A program made the position numbers and the translations under genes. Positions 54,525 through 63,981 of a DNA stretch of 64,000 nucleotides are shown here, piece by piece. The stretch's first letter is position 1; the number at the start of each line of letters is the position of its first letter. The notes under the pieces were generated by a model that saw only the letters and a list, made by a program, of their open reading frames with translations, was not told the origin of the DNA and made no database searches. The DNA lies in IMG/VR virus record IMGVR_UViG_3300042350_004528, positions 234,834 to 298,833 of that record, one strand, 5' to 3'.

Positions 54525-56181
54525 TAATAGAAACAGTACCATTGCTGTTATTTTCCATAATTTGCTTGGTTTCTTGGCTGATTTTTGTGTCATCAATACA
54601 GATTGCGACAATATGAGGTAATTTACTCAATCCAACTGGTATTTTATCCAACTTAAGGTTCATATGAACATCCACGAGAAACAAATCATTACAGTTTGTT
54701 ATATCCTCTTTTATTTCCCTTAAATCGCAACTCGATGCGGTTAATCTAACTAGTTTTTTAAGTTTACCGATGTTAGCGGGTAGTTGTTTGAGTTTTTGGT
54801 TATTATCCAAAACCAACTCAGTCAATTTTTCACATTCACCAAGATCGCCAATTTCTCTGATATCACATCCAGCACAATCAAGATACTCCAAAGATTTTAA
54901 CTCGGAGAACCACTCAGGTACTGAGGTAATTTTCTTGTTGTTTCTAAATTTAATCTTTTTTAGGTTTTTCAAGTCTTTAATCGACTCTGGTAAAAAAGTT
55001 ATACCACAGTCACTTAAATCAAGACTTTTTATACTAGTAATCTCACCTATTTTTTCAAGATATTCCGATTCAATTTTATGACCAGAAAAATCAACGGTTT
55101 CTGGTTTAGATTCCTTGAATATTTTGATGATCTCATCTCCAAAGCCAAGATTCAATAAATATTTAATATCATCAACCTGTTTGTTGTTTTTCTTTTGGCG
55201 ATACGCTAAGACACGCTTAATGATGTAGTTTCTAAAATACAATTTAATATCTTTATTGTTGAAAAGAAATTCATTGATGTTTATACTTTTATCGTTCGCA
55301 TCCATATATTGATTATCCTCAAAATGGAATTGTAGGCGATATTCGGGGTGTTTTGATATGGCTTTTTTGGAACCATACCCTTTCTTAATTAAAACGAATA
55401 ATTCACCTCGGCTATGATAACTATCAAACATATTACCATAACGAGTACCAGCAGTGCACCAGGTTGTGTATTTACCAAACTCAATATTTGCTTGGCGATC
55501 ATGGGTGATTACTATAACCCATTCACTATTTTCAAAAACAAGTTCAGCTTTACCCTCGACTTTCTTATTATCGACAAAATTTTGGATACAGGTTATTTCT
55601 TTATGGTCTAAAGTATGAATCGAATCATCGCCAGTATCGGTACTCATATATGGTTTAACCATATTAACAAATTCATTGATGTCTTTAAATCGATTAATAT
55701 CGCGATTCTCAACAGAAAGTACATTTGTTTTCTTTAAGAATGAAAATACCTCTAGTGCTTCAATAACTTTAGATTGCAAATCCTCAAAAAAGTTTTGGTA
55801 TTCTGGTCTTATCTCAGCGACCGAATTTTCTTTGCTTGCTAGATAAGCATCATCAATTCTATCTCTAATGATATTTTTATACAAGTTAATAAACCAACTA
55901 ACGTATTCTTTATTATGGCTTGGGTCACACTCAACAAAAAAGTTAAATAATAACTCCATTGGGGTTTTACCTTCCAAATATGTACCGTTTCTTTGATATT
56001 GGTTGCGATAAAACTCCATAAATAAATTATCACCGTCATACATTTTAACAGAGTCAACAACAAACTCTTTATCTGGGACTACATGTTTACCATAGATATT
56101 TTTATCAACGGCCTTTTTATGATATTTCTTAAAGATATCAAAAACGTACTCTAATCGTGTTTTCTTGTCCTGTTCAGTCAT
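54508..56181 (-). CDS. Protein with central TTWCTA-type phage domain and C-terminal leucine-rich repeats
   Basis: LDLSDCGITFLPESIKDLKNL, LDCAGCDI, LVLDNNQKLKQLPANIGKLKKL repeats. Confidence 0.8.
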   Translation of the reverse strand: MTEQDKKTRLEYVFDIFKKYHKKAVDKNIYGKHVVPDKEFVVDSVKMYDGDNLFMEFYRNQYQRNGTYLEGKTPMELLFNFFVECDPSHNKEYVSWFINLYKNIIRDRIDDAYLASKENSVAEIRPEYQNFFEDLQSKVIEALEVFSFLKKTNVLSVENRDINRFKDINEFVNMVKPYMSTDTGDDSIHTLDHKEITCIQNFVDNKKVEGKAELVFENSEWVIVITHDRQANIEFGKYTTWCTAGTRYGNMFDSYHSRGELFVLIKKGYGSKKAISKHPEYRLQFHFEDNQYMDANDKSININEFLFNNKDIKLYFRNYIIKRVLAYRQKKNNKQVDDIKYLLNLGFGDEIIKIFKESKPETVDFSGHKIESEYLEKIGEITSIKSLDLSDCGITFLPESIKDLKNLKKIKFRNNKKITSVPEWFSELKSLEYLDCAGCDIREIGDLGECEKLTELVLDNNQKLKQLPANIGKLKKLVRLTASSCDLREIKEDITNCNDLFLVDVHMNLKLDKIPVGLSKLPHIVAICIDDTKISQETKQIMENNSNGTVSIIKYGP

Positions 56182-56260
56182 ATTGTTCTATTTTGGATAC
56201 AAATGTAGGGTAAAAATGTTTAATAAGCAAATTTTCTTTAAAAAAAATGTATTTATCTAT

Positions 56261-56455
56261 ATGATAATTATTGATGTCAAAAAAACGGGTGGATTAGACC
56301 GAGCCCTTAAAAAGTACAAATATAAAGTTGCTAAGATAAAAATGATTGATGATTTGCGTGAAAAACAAGATTTTACAAAAAAATCTGTAAAAAGACGTGA
56401 TGAAATTAAAAAAGCAACATACATCCAAAAGAAAAAACAAGAAGAATTAGGTTAA
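56261..56455 (+). CDS. rpsU: Ribosomal protein bS21
   Basis: MIIIDVKK...LDRALKKYK...LREKQDFTKKSVKRR; start placed at ATG 56261. Confidence 0.85.
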   Translation: MIIIDVKKTGGLDRALKKYKYKVAKIKMIDDLREKQDFTKKSVKRRDEIKKATYIQKKKQEELG

Positions 56456-56887
56456 TTTACCCTCGAAAAGGTTTTTACCCATCTCATCTTGTTTAATGAA
56501 TGTCTTAACCAGGGAACCTGCTCTTGCATTAGCCTCATCTTCAATCTCACCCCCAATGTCTTGTACTGGATATTCAATTCTACCTTCTTGGTGCTGTAAT
56601 TGATGTACAAGTTCGTGTGCAATACTTCTTAAAATATCACCCAACATTCTGTTTTTACCGTACACAACAACCAACTTATCATCATCTCTATAATATGCTG
56701 TTGTTTTAACCCCATTTGATTCGCGATCAAAAACTATTTTACATGTAAACTTATCAGCTAACCCTAGTTCATTACAACAAAAATTGAGAAATTTATTTGT
56801 CGTGGCTATTTTCTTATCATCAAATGATAGGTCTTCATCCACCAATAACTCAAATTTTTCTTTTAATAAAGTTTCAAATAATTTCAT
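56447..56887 (-). CDS. Hypothetical protein with HExxH metallopeptidase-like motif
   Basis: AHELVHQLQ...EDEAN; start placed at MKLF (TAATG overlap with upstream gene). Confidence 0.65.
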   Translation of the reverse strand: MKLFETLLKEKFELLVDEDLSFDDKKIATTNKFLNFCCNELGLADKFTCKIVFDRESNGVKTTAYYRDDDKLVVVYGKNRMLGDILRSIAHELVHQLQHQEGRIEYPVQDIGGEIEDEANARAGSLVKTFIKQDEMGKNLFEGKLT

Positions 56888-57762
56888 TATAATAGATTGT
56901 TTATATTTCGTTCGATGTAACATGTATCAAATAACGGATCGACATTATTATCTAATTCAATAAAGTTTTTAGCATTCAGCGCAACATAACCTTGTTTGAC
57001 CATGTTGGTAACTAAATAATCATATCCATCCCAAATTATTTCAACACTCTCCATAGTTTCGAGAGGCAAGAAATAACTATCATTATATTTGGTTTTAATA
57101 TTAGTTGCTATTATTCTTTCAATAGGGCTGAACACCATTAAATATTTATCTAAATTAGTGTTATCATTACTTTTTGCTATTATTTTATATATTATACCAG
57201 CATCATTAACGGTTAAACCAGTTGGTAAAAAAACTAAATGATGATAATCTTCGGATGTATTTAAATCTATAACCACAATGTTCTGCTTTGCCGCTTGAGT
57301 TAGGTCACCAAAAATTACATCATAAGTATTATATGTATCGCCACTAATAACTTCTTGTGTCCAACCACTTGTTATCAATTGATAGCTATGGTTAGATACA
57401 CCTATTGAATATTGCGGGCCATTTAATTCAACATCATTTATATCAATATTAAATGAGCCACCATCCCCCATGCCAATTGTGGCGATTGTACCATTTAGTG
57501 TGTAACCAGTTATTGCCGCACCCTCAGCTAATTTATACCAGTTGCTTAAAGTTGTTGCTGGTAATGTTTTTAACAACCAAACTCCATTTTGATCTGGGTC
57601 TGGATCACTTGTTACAGCAACGGTCATACCCAAATAAGGGTAAGGTAAAGAGTTGTTTGTTAGCTCAGATAATGTTACTACCGTAGCTCTCGCATCTAAC
57701 GGCCCCGCAATTAACGCTTCAAAGTTAGCAGAAAAATTAAAAACACCAGGTACTCTAGCCAT
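56887..57762 (-). CDS. Putative virion structural protein
   Basis: GPLDAR...YLGMTV N-terminal pattern; Thr/Gly/Asn-rich. Confidence 0.5.
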   Translation of the reverse strand: MARVPGVFNFSANFEALIAGPLDARATVVTLSELTNNSLPYPYLGMTVAVTSDPDPDQNGVWLLKTLPATTLSNWYKLAEGAAITGYTLNGTIATIGMGDGGSFNIDINDVELNGPQYSIGVSNHSYQLITSGWTQEVISGDTYNTYDVIFGDLTQAAKQNIVVIDLNTSEDYHHLVFLPTGLTVNDAGIIYKIIAKSNDNTNLDKYLMVFSPIERIIATNIKTKYNDSYFLPLETMESVEIIWDGYDYLVTNMVKQGYVALNAKNFIELDNNVDPLFDTCYIERNINNLL

Positions 57763-57764
57763 AA

Positions 57765-59159
57765 TTAAAATACTAATCTAATTCTTCTAGCACCAGCGGC
57801 TAACCCAGTGTGTGTGTACCTAGTGTAATTAACACTATTACCTTGAATAGTATTTGTTACAGCACTTGTGCTAAATTCACTTATTTTATTTGCCGAATCA
57901 AATTGGTTTGAAACCACGTTAAAATAATTAACCGCAACCAAAGGTCTAGCAGTTGTCCAAGCAACTGGTATCTCAAATTTATGCTTAACAGAATTATCTT
58001 CTGGTTCCGCAACAAAAAGAATCTCAATATTATTACTGTACAACATTGACACTAAAGTTTGTTTTGTCAACGTGTTAATGTTAACTGTTGTTCCAAACAA
58101 AGGATAAACACCCTCAAATAAAGCGTTTGCGTTAACCGTACCAGCATTTGTAAAATTAGTATCGATAAAGTTTGATCCGTCATCATAAACTGGTTGTTGA
58201 CCAACATTATAATCGACAGCAAGTTGCCATTGATTTAGACCTTGAACAACTACATAATTATTTATTGTGGTGCTGTCAGTTAATGAGCTACTAACATTAG
58301 TAATCGTACCAACAATACCTTGACCCGTATAATTGTAATCAATTGGGTTACCCATGTATTTAACTGGTTGGCCTGTCACTGTCGATTGGCCTCTGGTATA
58401 TCCAGCGTTAAGTGTTAAATTATTTGTGTAGCCAATTTCGATTAGAGAAGCGTTAAACGGCGCCCCTTCACTTAAAGATGCTGAGCTATAAAATATCGTT
58501 GGTGCTATTGCTGGATAAAATATTTCTTGTATAATTTCGTGTATCGTCTTACCACCAACAAACGGGCTCGAATTTATCGTTATACCACCGACCGTTTTTT
58601 TAACTGGGTTTGGGTTTTCAAAAGTAAACGCTGGAGCCAAATCGATTACAATCGTGCCACCACCAGCTTGTTCTAAAATTTCTGTAATATTTGTAGTTCC
58701 ACCTGTTGTTGCATTTGTGGTACCACCTGTTATTTCAGTATCGCCACCAGATGCGTTTATGGTTACAATTGTTTTGCCACTGATAGGATCGTCTGTTACT
58801 GTAACATTATCACCAACAAAATTTAATACAGTTCGCTCTACTAATGGTATACCTTCGTCTTCAATTGTAACATAACCGCCAGGTACTCCAGTTCCAATTT
58901 GTCTCCAAACTGTATATGTGGTTGGGCCTTCTGTATAAGATGTGATAAAATTACCAGAACCATACTGATTATACACATATTCAGTATGTGTCATTTCGCA
59001 GTAGTAAATTATACCAACCGCGTCAATTTTTCTCAACACATATTGACCCTCTAAATAACCTTTTTTAGTCCACTCCGCGATATTAAGGTAGACTAAGTTA
59101 CCATCTAATTCGGTGTGACTTAAAGGCCTGGGTAAATTGTTTCTTAAAATTAATGACAT
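57765..59159 (-). CDS. Putative virion structural/fibre protein
   Basis: RPLSHTELDGNL start, T/G/N-rich beta-type composition. Confidence 0.55.
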   Translation of the reverse strand: MSLILRNNLPRPLSHTELDGNLVYLNIAEWTKKGYLEGQYVLRKIDAVGIIYYCEMTHTEYVYNQYGSGNFITSYTEGPTTYTVWRQIGTGVPGGYVTIEDEGIPLVERTVLNFVGDNVTVTDDPISGKTIVTINASGGDTEITGGTTNATTGGTTNITEILEQAGGGTIVIDLAPAFTFENPNPVKKTVGGITINSSPFVGGKTIHEIIQEIFYPAIAPTIFYSSASLSEGAPFNASLIEIGYTNNLTLNAGYTRGQSTVTGQPVKYMGNPIDYNYTGQGIVGTITNVSSSLTDSTTINNYVVVQGLNQWQLAVDYNVGQQPVYDDGSNFIDTNFTNAGTVNANALFEGVYPLFGTTVNINTLTKQTLVSMLYSNNIEILFVAEPEDNSVKHKFEIPVAWTTARPLVAVNYFNVVSNQFDSANKISEFSTSAVTNTIQGNSVNYTRYTHTGLAAGARRIRLVF

Positions 59160-59244
59160 TTATCGTGTATGCTTGGATATTCTTAAATTATTATCTATCC
59201 ATAAATAGTTCGATACACGATAAATGTCACCACAAATTCATATC

Positions 59245-59910
59245 TTATTTTTTCTTTCTTTCAAGAATCGAGTCAATCATACCATATTCTTTAGCTTCTG
59301 GTGATCTCATCCAATAATCCCTCTCAGAATCTTTATATACTTTGTCATAATCCTGGCCAGTATGTTTAGATATGATCTCATAAAGTTCGGTTTTTAACTT
59401 ACCAATTTCCTTTGCTGTGATTTCAATATCAGTGGCTTGACCCTCAGCGCCCCCCAAAGGTTGGTGGATCATTATTCTTGAGTGGGGTAAGGCATATCTT
59501 TTACCCTTTGCCCCAGCACAAAGTAACACAGCGGCCATAGATGCGGCTAAACCCGTACATATTGTTGATATTTCTGGTTTAATATACTGCATTGTATCGT
59601 AAATACCCAAACCAGCATAAACAGAACCACCAGGTGAGTTTACATAGATCTGAATTGGGGCTTCTTTGTCAATTGATTCCAGGTATAATAACTGAGCTTC
59701 TATAATATTGGAAACTCGATCATCAATCGCCGTACCCAAAAATATAACTCTTTCCATCATTAATCTGGAAAACACGTCAATTTGAGCGACATTTAATTCG
59801 CGTTCTTCCATAATGTATGGAGTAACCGAACTCCTGTAATCACTTAATGTGATACTTGAAATACCCATATGCTTCGTTGCATAGTTTTTAAAATCGTTAC
59901 CAATATTCAT
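59245..59910 (-). CDS. clpP: ATP-dependent Clp protease proteolytic subunit
   Basis: DVFSRLM, YVNSPGGSV, GLAASMA, MIHQPLGG, ERDYWM. Confidence 0.96.
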   Translation of the reverse strand: MNIGNDFKNYATKHMGISSITLSDYRSSVTPYIMEERELNVAQIDVFSRLMMERVIFLGTAIDDRVSNIIEAQLLYLESIDKEAPIQIYVNSPGGSVYAGLGIYDTMQYIKPEISTICTGLAASMAAVLLCAGAKGKRYALPHSRIMIHQPLGGAEGQATDIEITAKEIGKLKTELYEIISKHTGQDYDKVYKDSERDYWMRSPEAKEYGMIDSILERKKK

Positions 59911-59937
59911 ATTTGTTTTTTTATAAATTTAATTAAT

Positions 59938-61614
59938 TTAGTTTAAATAATCAACCCACATTTTATGATTTACACCCATTTTTTCACAAAAAGATTCAAA
60001 AGTTTTTTTCGAATAAACAAATCTAAAATTAACACTAGAGGCTAAGTTATTATTGTTATTCTGAAAAGCTTGTGTGAAATTACTATGTGTGTATTTCATT
60101 TTGAGATTATTATCGTTAGTTATTCTAACCCTTTCGTATGCTGACATAGTGATTGGATTAAAGTATATTGTTGATATTACGTTTTTGTTTTTAACAATGT
60201 TAAAAGATAATTTAATACTATCAAAATTAAAAACGCCGTGTCTAATAAAATTAAAATCTTCTTCTGGTATTTTATTAATGTTTCTTAAAGAATAATTAAC
60301 ACTTATCTTTTCGTCTTTTTTAAAATATCTACCAAACCTTTTTAGTGTTTTATCATCAATTTTATAAGTACCAATGGCTACCGCTTCGAATAAACAATTT
60401 GCAATTTTTTTAAGTATTACTTCACAGTTTTTATAAGTCCATGTTGTGAGAAGAGTATTCTCATGATTGTTTATTTTTATTTTTATACCAAAAAATTCAA
60501 ATATTTTAAGCACCTTAAATATGTGGCCATCACCAGAATCTTTAAAACGTGAAATATCATAATAGTTTAGATTGTACATTTTAGAGTATTTTTCCATTAA
60601 ATCATACTCAGCGATTTCATTATTACTTGTAAAAAGTGTTGGTTTAAACACATTTTGATTTAACTTACCGCCATTAAATTCATAAGCTAGTCTTAATTCG
60701 GTATAATCAATCCCATTTAACGCATGTGCATAACTTGTGGGATAACCAGCGCCATTTGGTTTTAAAAGGAATTCGTTTTCCTGGTTAACAATCAAACGCT
60801 TATACTTAAAAAGCAAACTGAAAAGTAATTCTTTGTCTTTGATTTTATAATAATCACTCATGTAATCGACTATACCCAGTCCACGATATTTAGCTTTGTT
60901 TCTATTAAAAATATGTTGAAAATAGTATATAAAATTATATGAGATAATATCTATACTGTTTACCTTAAGATAATTTAAAAATGGGAACAACTCTAAAGCG
61001 GATGTATTTGGTGGGGTATATATAGGTTCCTCATCAAAAAAAGTTTTAACAATTGCTTTATAATCATTTGTTAGATTATGATAACCCAATTTACCATAAA
61101 ACAACCTTATTGCCGTGTCCATATTCAAGTTATTTCTACTATCACTGATCATGCAATTTAGTATTCGAGATGTCTCCATATTTGAGACATTTTTACGAAT
61201 AAAGGTAGAATACCTTTTACCCATTTTTGATTTCCTATAAACACTGTAATCACCAGTTGTTTTATTAATTGTTAAGATCCTGGATGTTTTGGTTGTGATT
61301 TTAAATCTTTTGTATTTCAACTTTTTAACTGGCACCAATGTTTTGGCGAAAAGATATTGTTTTAACGATATCGTGTTGTTGGTTAAATTTTCTGAAACAA
61401 CAAAAGTTTCCCGATAAACGGTAACCTCACCATTGTTAGCCATTTCTTTTTTAAACTCATCCGAATCGACCTCAATGTGTTTTTGTCGCTCAAACGTGTG
61501 CTCAGATCCCCCCTCATCTTCCGAAAAAATTGCCTGAATGGTTGATACCACTGTTTCGGTTACTGATTTTGTAAGCTTCTCATCAACAAATTTGTAATGA
61601 ATGATTTCTTCCAT
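59938..61614 (-). CDS. Hypothetical protein
   Basis: 558-aa ORF. Confidence 0.6.
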   Translation of the reverse strand: MEEIIHYKFVDEKLTKSVTETVVSTIQAIFSEDEGGSEHTFERQKHIEVDSDEFKKEMANNGEVTVYRETFVVSENLTNNTISLKQYLFAKTLVPVKKLKYKRFKITTKTSRILTINKTTGDYSVYRKSKMGKRYSTFIRKNVSNMETSRILNCMISDSRNNLNMDTAIRLFYGKLGYHNLTNDYKAIVKTFFDEEPIYTPPNTSALELFPFLNYLKVNSIDIISYNFIYYFQHIFNRNKAKYRGLGIVDYMSDYYKIKDKELLFSLLFKYKRLIVNQENEFLLKPNGAGYPTSYAHALNGIDYTELRLAYEFNGGKLNQNVFKPTLFTSNNEIAEYDLMEKYSKMYNLNYYDISRFKDSGDGHIFKVLKIFEFFGIKIKINNHENTLLTTWTYKNCEVILKKIANCLFEAVAIGTYKIDDKTLKRFGRYFKKDEKISVNYSLRNINKIPEEDFNFIRHGVFNFDSIKLSFNIVKNKNVISTIYFNPITMSAYERVRITNDNNLKMKYTHSNFTQAFQNNNNNLASSVNFRFVYSKKTFESFCEKMGVNHKMWVDYLN

Positions 61615-61686
61615 ACTTTGATTTATTTCAGCAAATATAAGGAAGAATTTTTAATAAACAAAAAAAAATGGGGGAAATTTCCCCCA

Positions 61687-62070
61687 TTATTTAATCTCGA
61701 CAGTCACACTTTTTGTTTCTTCTTTTTTTCTCAATGGTACTTTGATTTTAAGTAACCCATTTTCCATTTTAGCTTCAGTTTTACTCAGATCGTGTGAGCT
61801 TGATAAGTAGTAACTGTATGAATTATCAACATAGCGCTTAACAAAACCTTCAGCGTTTTTAATATTAGTTTTAACAATTAATGTCCTACCAGAAACCTCA
61901 ATTGATAAATGTTCTTTATCCAATCCTGGTAAAGGTAATTCCGTTAAAAACTCCTTGTCGCTTGGAATGTCATAAGATGTTCTAAAATCCTCATTGAAGA
62001 TGTTAAATAATTCATCAAAGCTTTGCCATAAATTCTTTTGGCTTCTCATGTTTGTTCTTAGTGTGTTCAT
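61687..62070 (-). CDS. Small heat-shock protein (Hsp20)
   Basis: LPGLDKEHLSIEV, AKMENGLLKIKVP. Confidence 0.85.
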   Translation of the reverse strand: MNTLRTNMRSQKNLWQSFDELFNIFNEDFRTSYDIPSDKEFLTELPLPGLDKEHLSIEVSGRTLIVKTNIKNAEGFVKRYVDNSYSYYLSSSHDLSKTEAKMENGLLKIKVPLRKKEETKSVTVEIK

Positions 62071-62171
62071 ATTTTTTTATTTTTAAATTTTTATTATACT
62101 GAAAATAAATTTACCAATTAAATGCCAAATTAATTTAAAAGACATTTTGTCTTAATTTGGTTAATTTAAAT

Positions 62172-62200
62172 AAAAAAGGACTGACAAAATGCCAGTCCTT
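62172..62200 (-). terminator. Intrinsic terminator closing the TROVE-like transcript
   Basis: AAGGACTGGC-ATTTT-GTCAGTCCTT + U tract. Confidence 0.8.
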
Positions 62201-62206
62201 AATTTC

Positions 62207-62266
62207 TGAGTGGGGGTCTATTGTATTTGGCTTTTCAATTTAAATAACAATTGCTGTAACCACTCA
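62207..62266 (-). ncRNA. Stem + TACAGCAA motif small RNA candidate
   Basis: TGAGTGG/CCACTCA closing stem, TTACAGCAA after the 5' arm. Confidence 0.6.
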
Positions 62267-62276
62267 CATTAAATTC

Positions 62277-62440
62277 GAGGTACTATCGGAATCGTTTGAA
62301 TCTTAAAGTGATCCGTCCTAGCTGGGTAAAACTTCCTTAGCTAAGGGAAGAGTTGGTTATGGCATCCGAAGATCCATAAACCTTTCTGTATAGCATAATT
62401 AATATTTAGTTAATTTTGCTGCAATTATTCCCAATACCTC
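62277..62440 (-). ncRNA. Stem + TGCAGCAA motif RNA candidate
   Basis: GAGGTA..GGAAT / ATTCC..TACCTC terminal helix with internal hairpins; starts a few nt after the stop of the TROVE-like gene. Confidence 0.6.
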
Positions 62441-62446
62441 AATATT

Positions 62447-63847
62447 TTAAGCTGTAATAGGCTCGTAACGTGCACTATGTACAGTTTTATTCATGATGCT
62501 GATTGGTGACATATCCTCACCAGTCAACAATGATTTTAAAATTGCTGGAGAAAACCCACTCACCAATGCAGTACCGTTGTCGGTAGTCTGAACTGGGTAG
62601 TTTCCACCATTTCTGCTTTGAATGTTCCAGAATACCAATTTTGGCATTGTGTAACCAGCGGACTCGTATTGTTCACGAATCATATCCAAAGCGCTGTTTT
62701 TATAACGAGTTGCTGAATTGAACTCCATATCTGACATAATCAGAATAGTTGTTGGCATCTCAGACTCTGGTAAGCTGAATTTTTTAGCTTGATTCAAGAT
62801 CAAATTAAAAACCGCTTCCAAATTTGTACTCATACCCCAGTCAGCTCTCGCCAATTGCATGTGGCGATCACTTAAGTTACCGTTAAGGTATTGCAATTGT
62901 GGGTTTTCACTAAAAGTTATGAAAGCGTCTTTAAACTTACCTTCATTTCTTTCTGAAATGTAAAGACCCAAAGAGATACAAACATCCATACATGTAACGT
63001 TAGCGTTACCACCAGCTGGTGAACTCATTGATCCAGATACATCGCATACTGGTAAAACTCGCTCATTGTTACCTTCCATGTAATTAGGGAGTGAAGCCCA
63101 TTGCTTCATAGCCATGGTTTTGTCCCCTCTAACTAATGTTTTCAACACATCATATGGATATACCGCAGATGCGTTTACCTTAGTATCGCCAGTTTTGTAG
63201 GCTGTAAAACGTTCAGCATCGTGTTTACCAAATGCTTTAGTATAACGAGCCATAGCAACAGATGGTACGTGTTCATATGTAACAACACCCCATTGATTTG
63301 AGCACATAAGTTGTTCAACCACCTTGGTTTTTTCAACCAACATCTTACGATATTGTTTAGGTGATAGCTTCATATAACGCTCCAATGCGATTGCTTCTTT
63401 ACCTTTACGAGGCATCCATTTAGCGCAAAGACCATTATTTTCGTTAAGAGCATTAACGATAAGGTTTTTTGCCTGGGTATCCAATGAGGTGCCAAATAAC
63501 ACTAAAAGATCGTCCCAACGTCCATATTCTGGAACGTATGATAGGTTTTTAGCCAAAGCCTCGTTATGGTTTTCAACCAAATAAAGCATTAAATCCTTGA
63601 AAATTTGACGCTCACCCGCACCACCACGAACGTCACGAGCCCAGAACATAGTTCTAAGAGCGGTTAATGGACTTTCGTTGAAAGCTTTTGAAAAGTTAGC
63701 GATTAATCTTCCCTTATCTTGACCACGCATCGCACCGATGGTGAAAAATAAATCAACACAAGCGTTCAATGATGAACTGTTAGTAACCATTCCGTTTTCG
63801 GTTACATTGTCTCTTGTTCTAAGAGCATTTACTAATGAGTTTGCCAT
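62447..63847 (-). CDS. DUF2828-type TROVE/Ro60-like protein with C-terminal vWA domain
   Basis: FWARDVRGGAGER, YGRWDDLL, AKWMPR; MIDAS DVSGS, SDMEFN, VFWNI, VSGFSP. Confidence 0.8.
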   Translation of the reverse strand: MANSLVNALRTRDNVTENGMVTNSSSLNACVDLFFTIGAMRGQDKGRLIANFSKAFNESPLTALRTMFWARDVRGGAGERQIFKDLMLYLVENHNEALAKNLSYVPEYGRWDDLLVLFGTSLDTQAKNLIVNALNENNGLCAKWMPRKGKEAIALERYMKLSPKQYRKMLVEKTKVVEQLMCSNQWGVVTYEHVPSVAMARYTKAFGKHDAERFTAYKTGDTKVNASAVYPYDVLKTLVRGDKTMAMKQWASLPNYMEGNNERVLPVCDVSGSMSSPAGGNANVTCMDVCISLGLYISERNEGKFKDAFITFSENPQLQYLNGNLSDRHMQLARADWGMSTNLEAVFNLILNQAKKFSLPESEMPTTILIMSDMEFNSATRYKNSALDMIREQYESAGYTMPKLVFWNIQSRNGGNYPVQTTDNGTALVSGFSPAILKSLLTGEDMSPISIMNKTVHSARYEPITA

Positions 63848-63981
63848 ACAATAGGTTTTAATTAGGGTACAAAAGTAATAAAGATTTTTTAAATAGTCAA
63901 GTTTTTGGGCGTTTTTTTTTCAATTTTTTTTCAAACGCTACTTTAACCTCCTCATTTATAGAGTATAAGAGTCCACCATCT

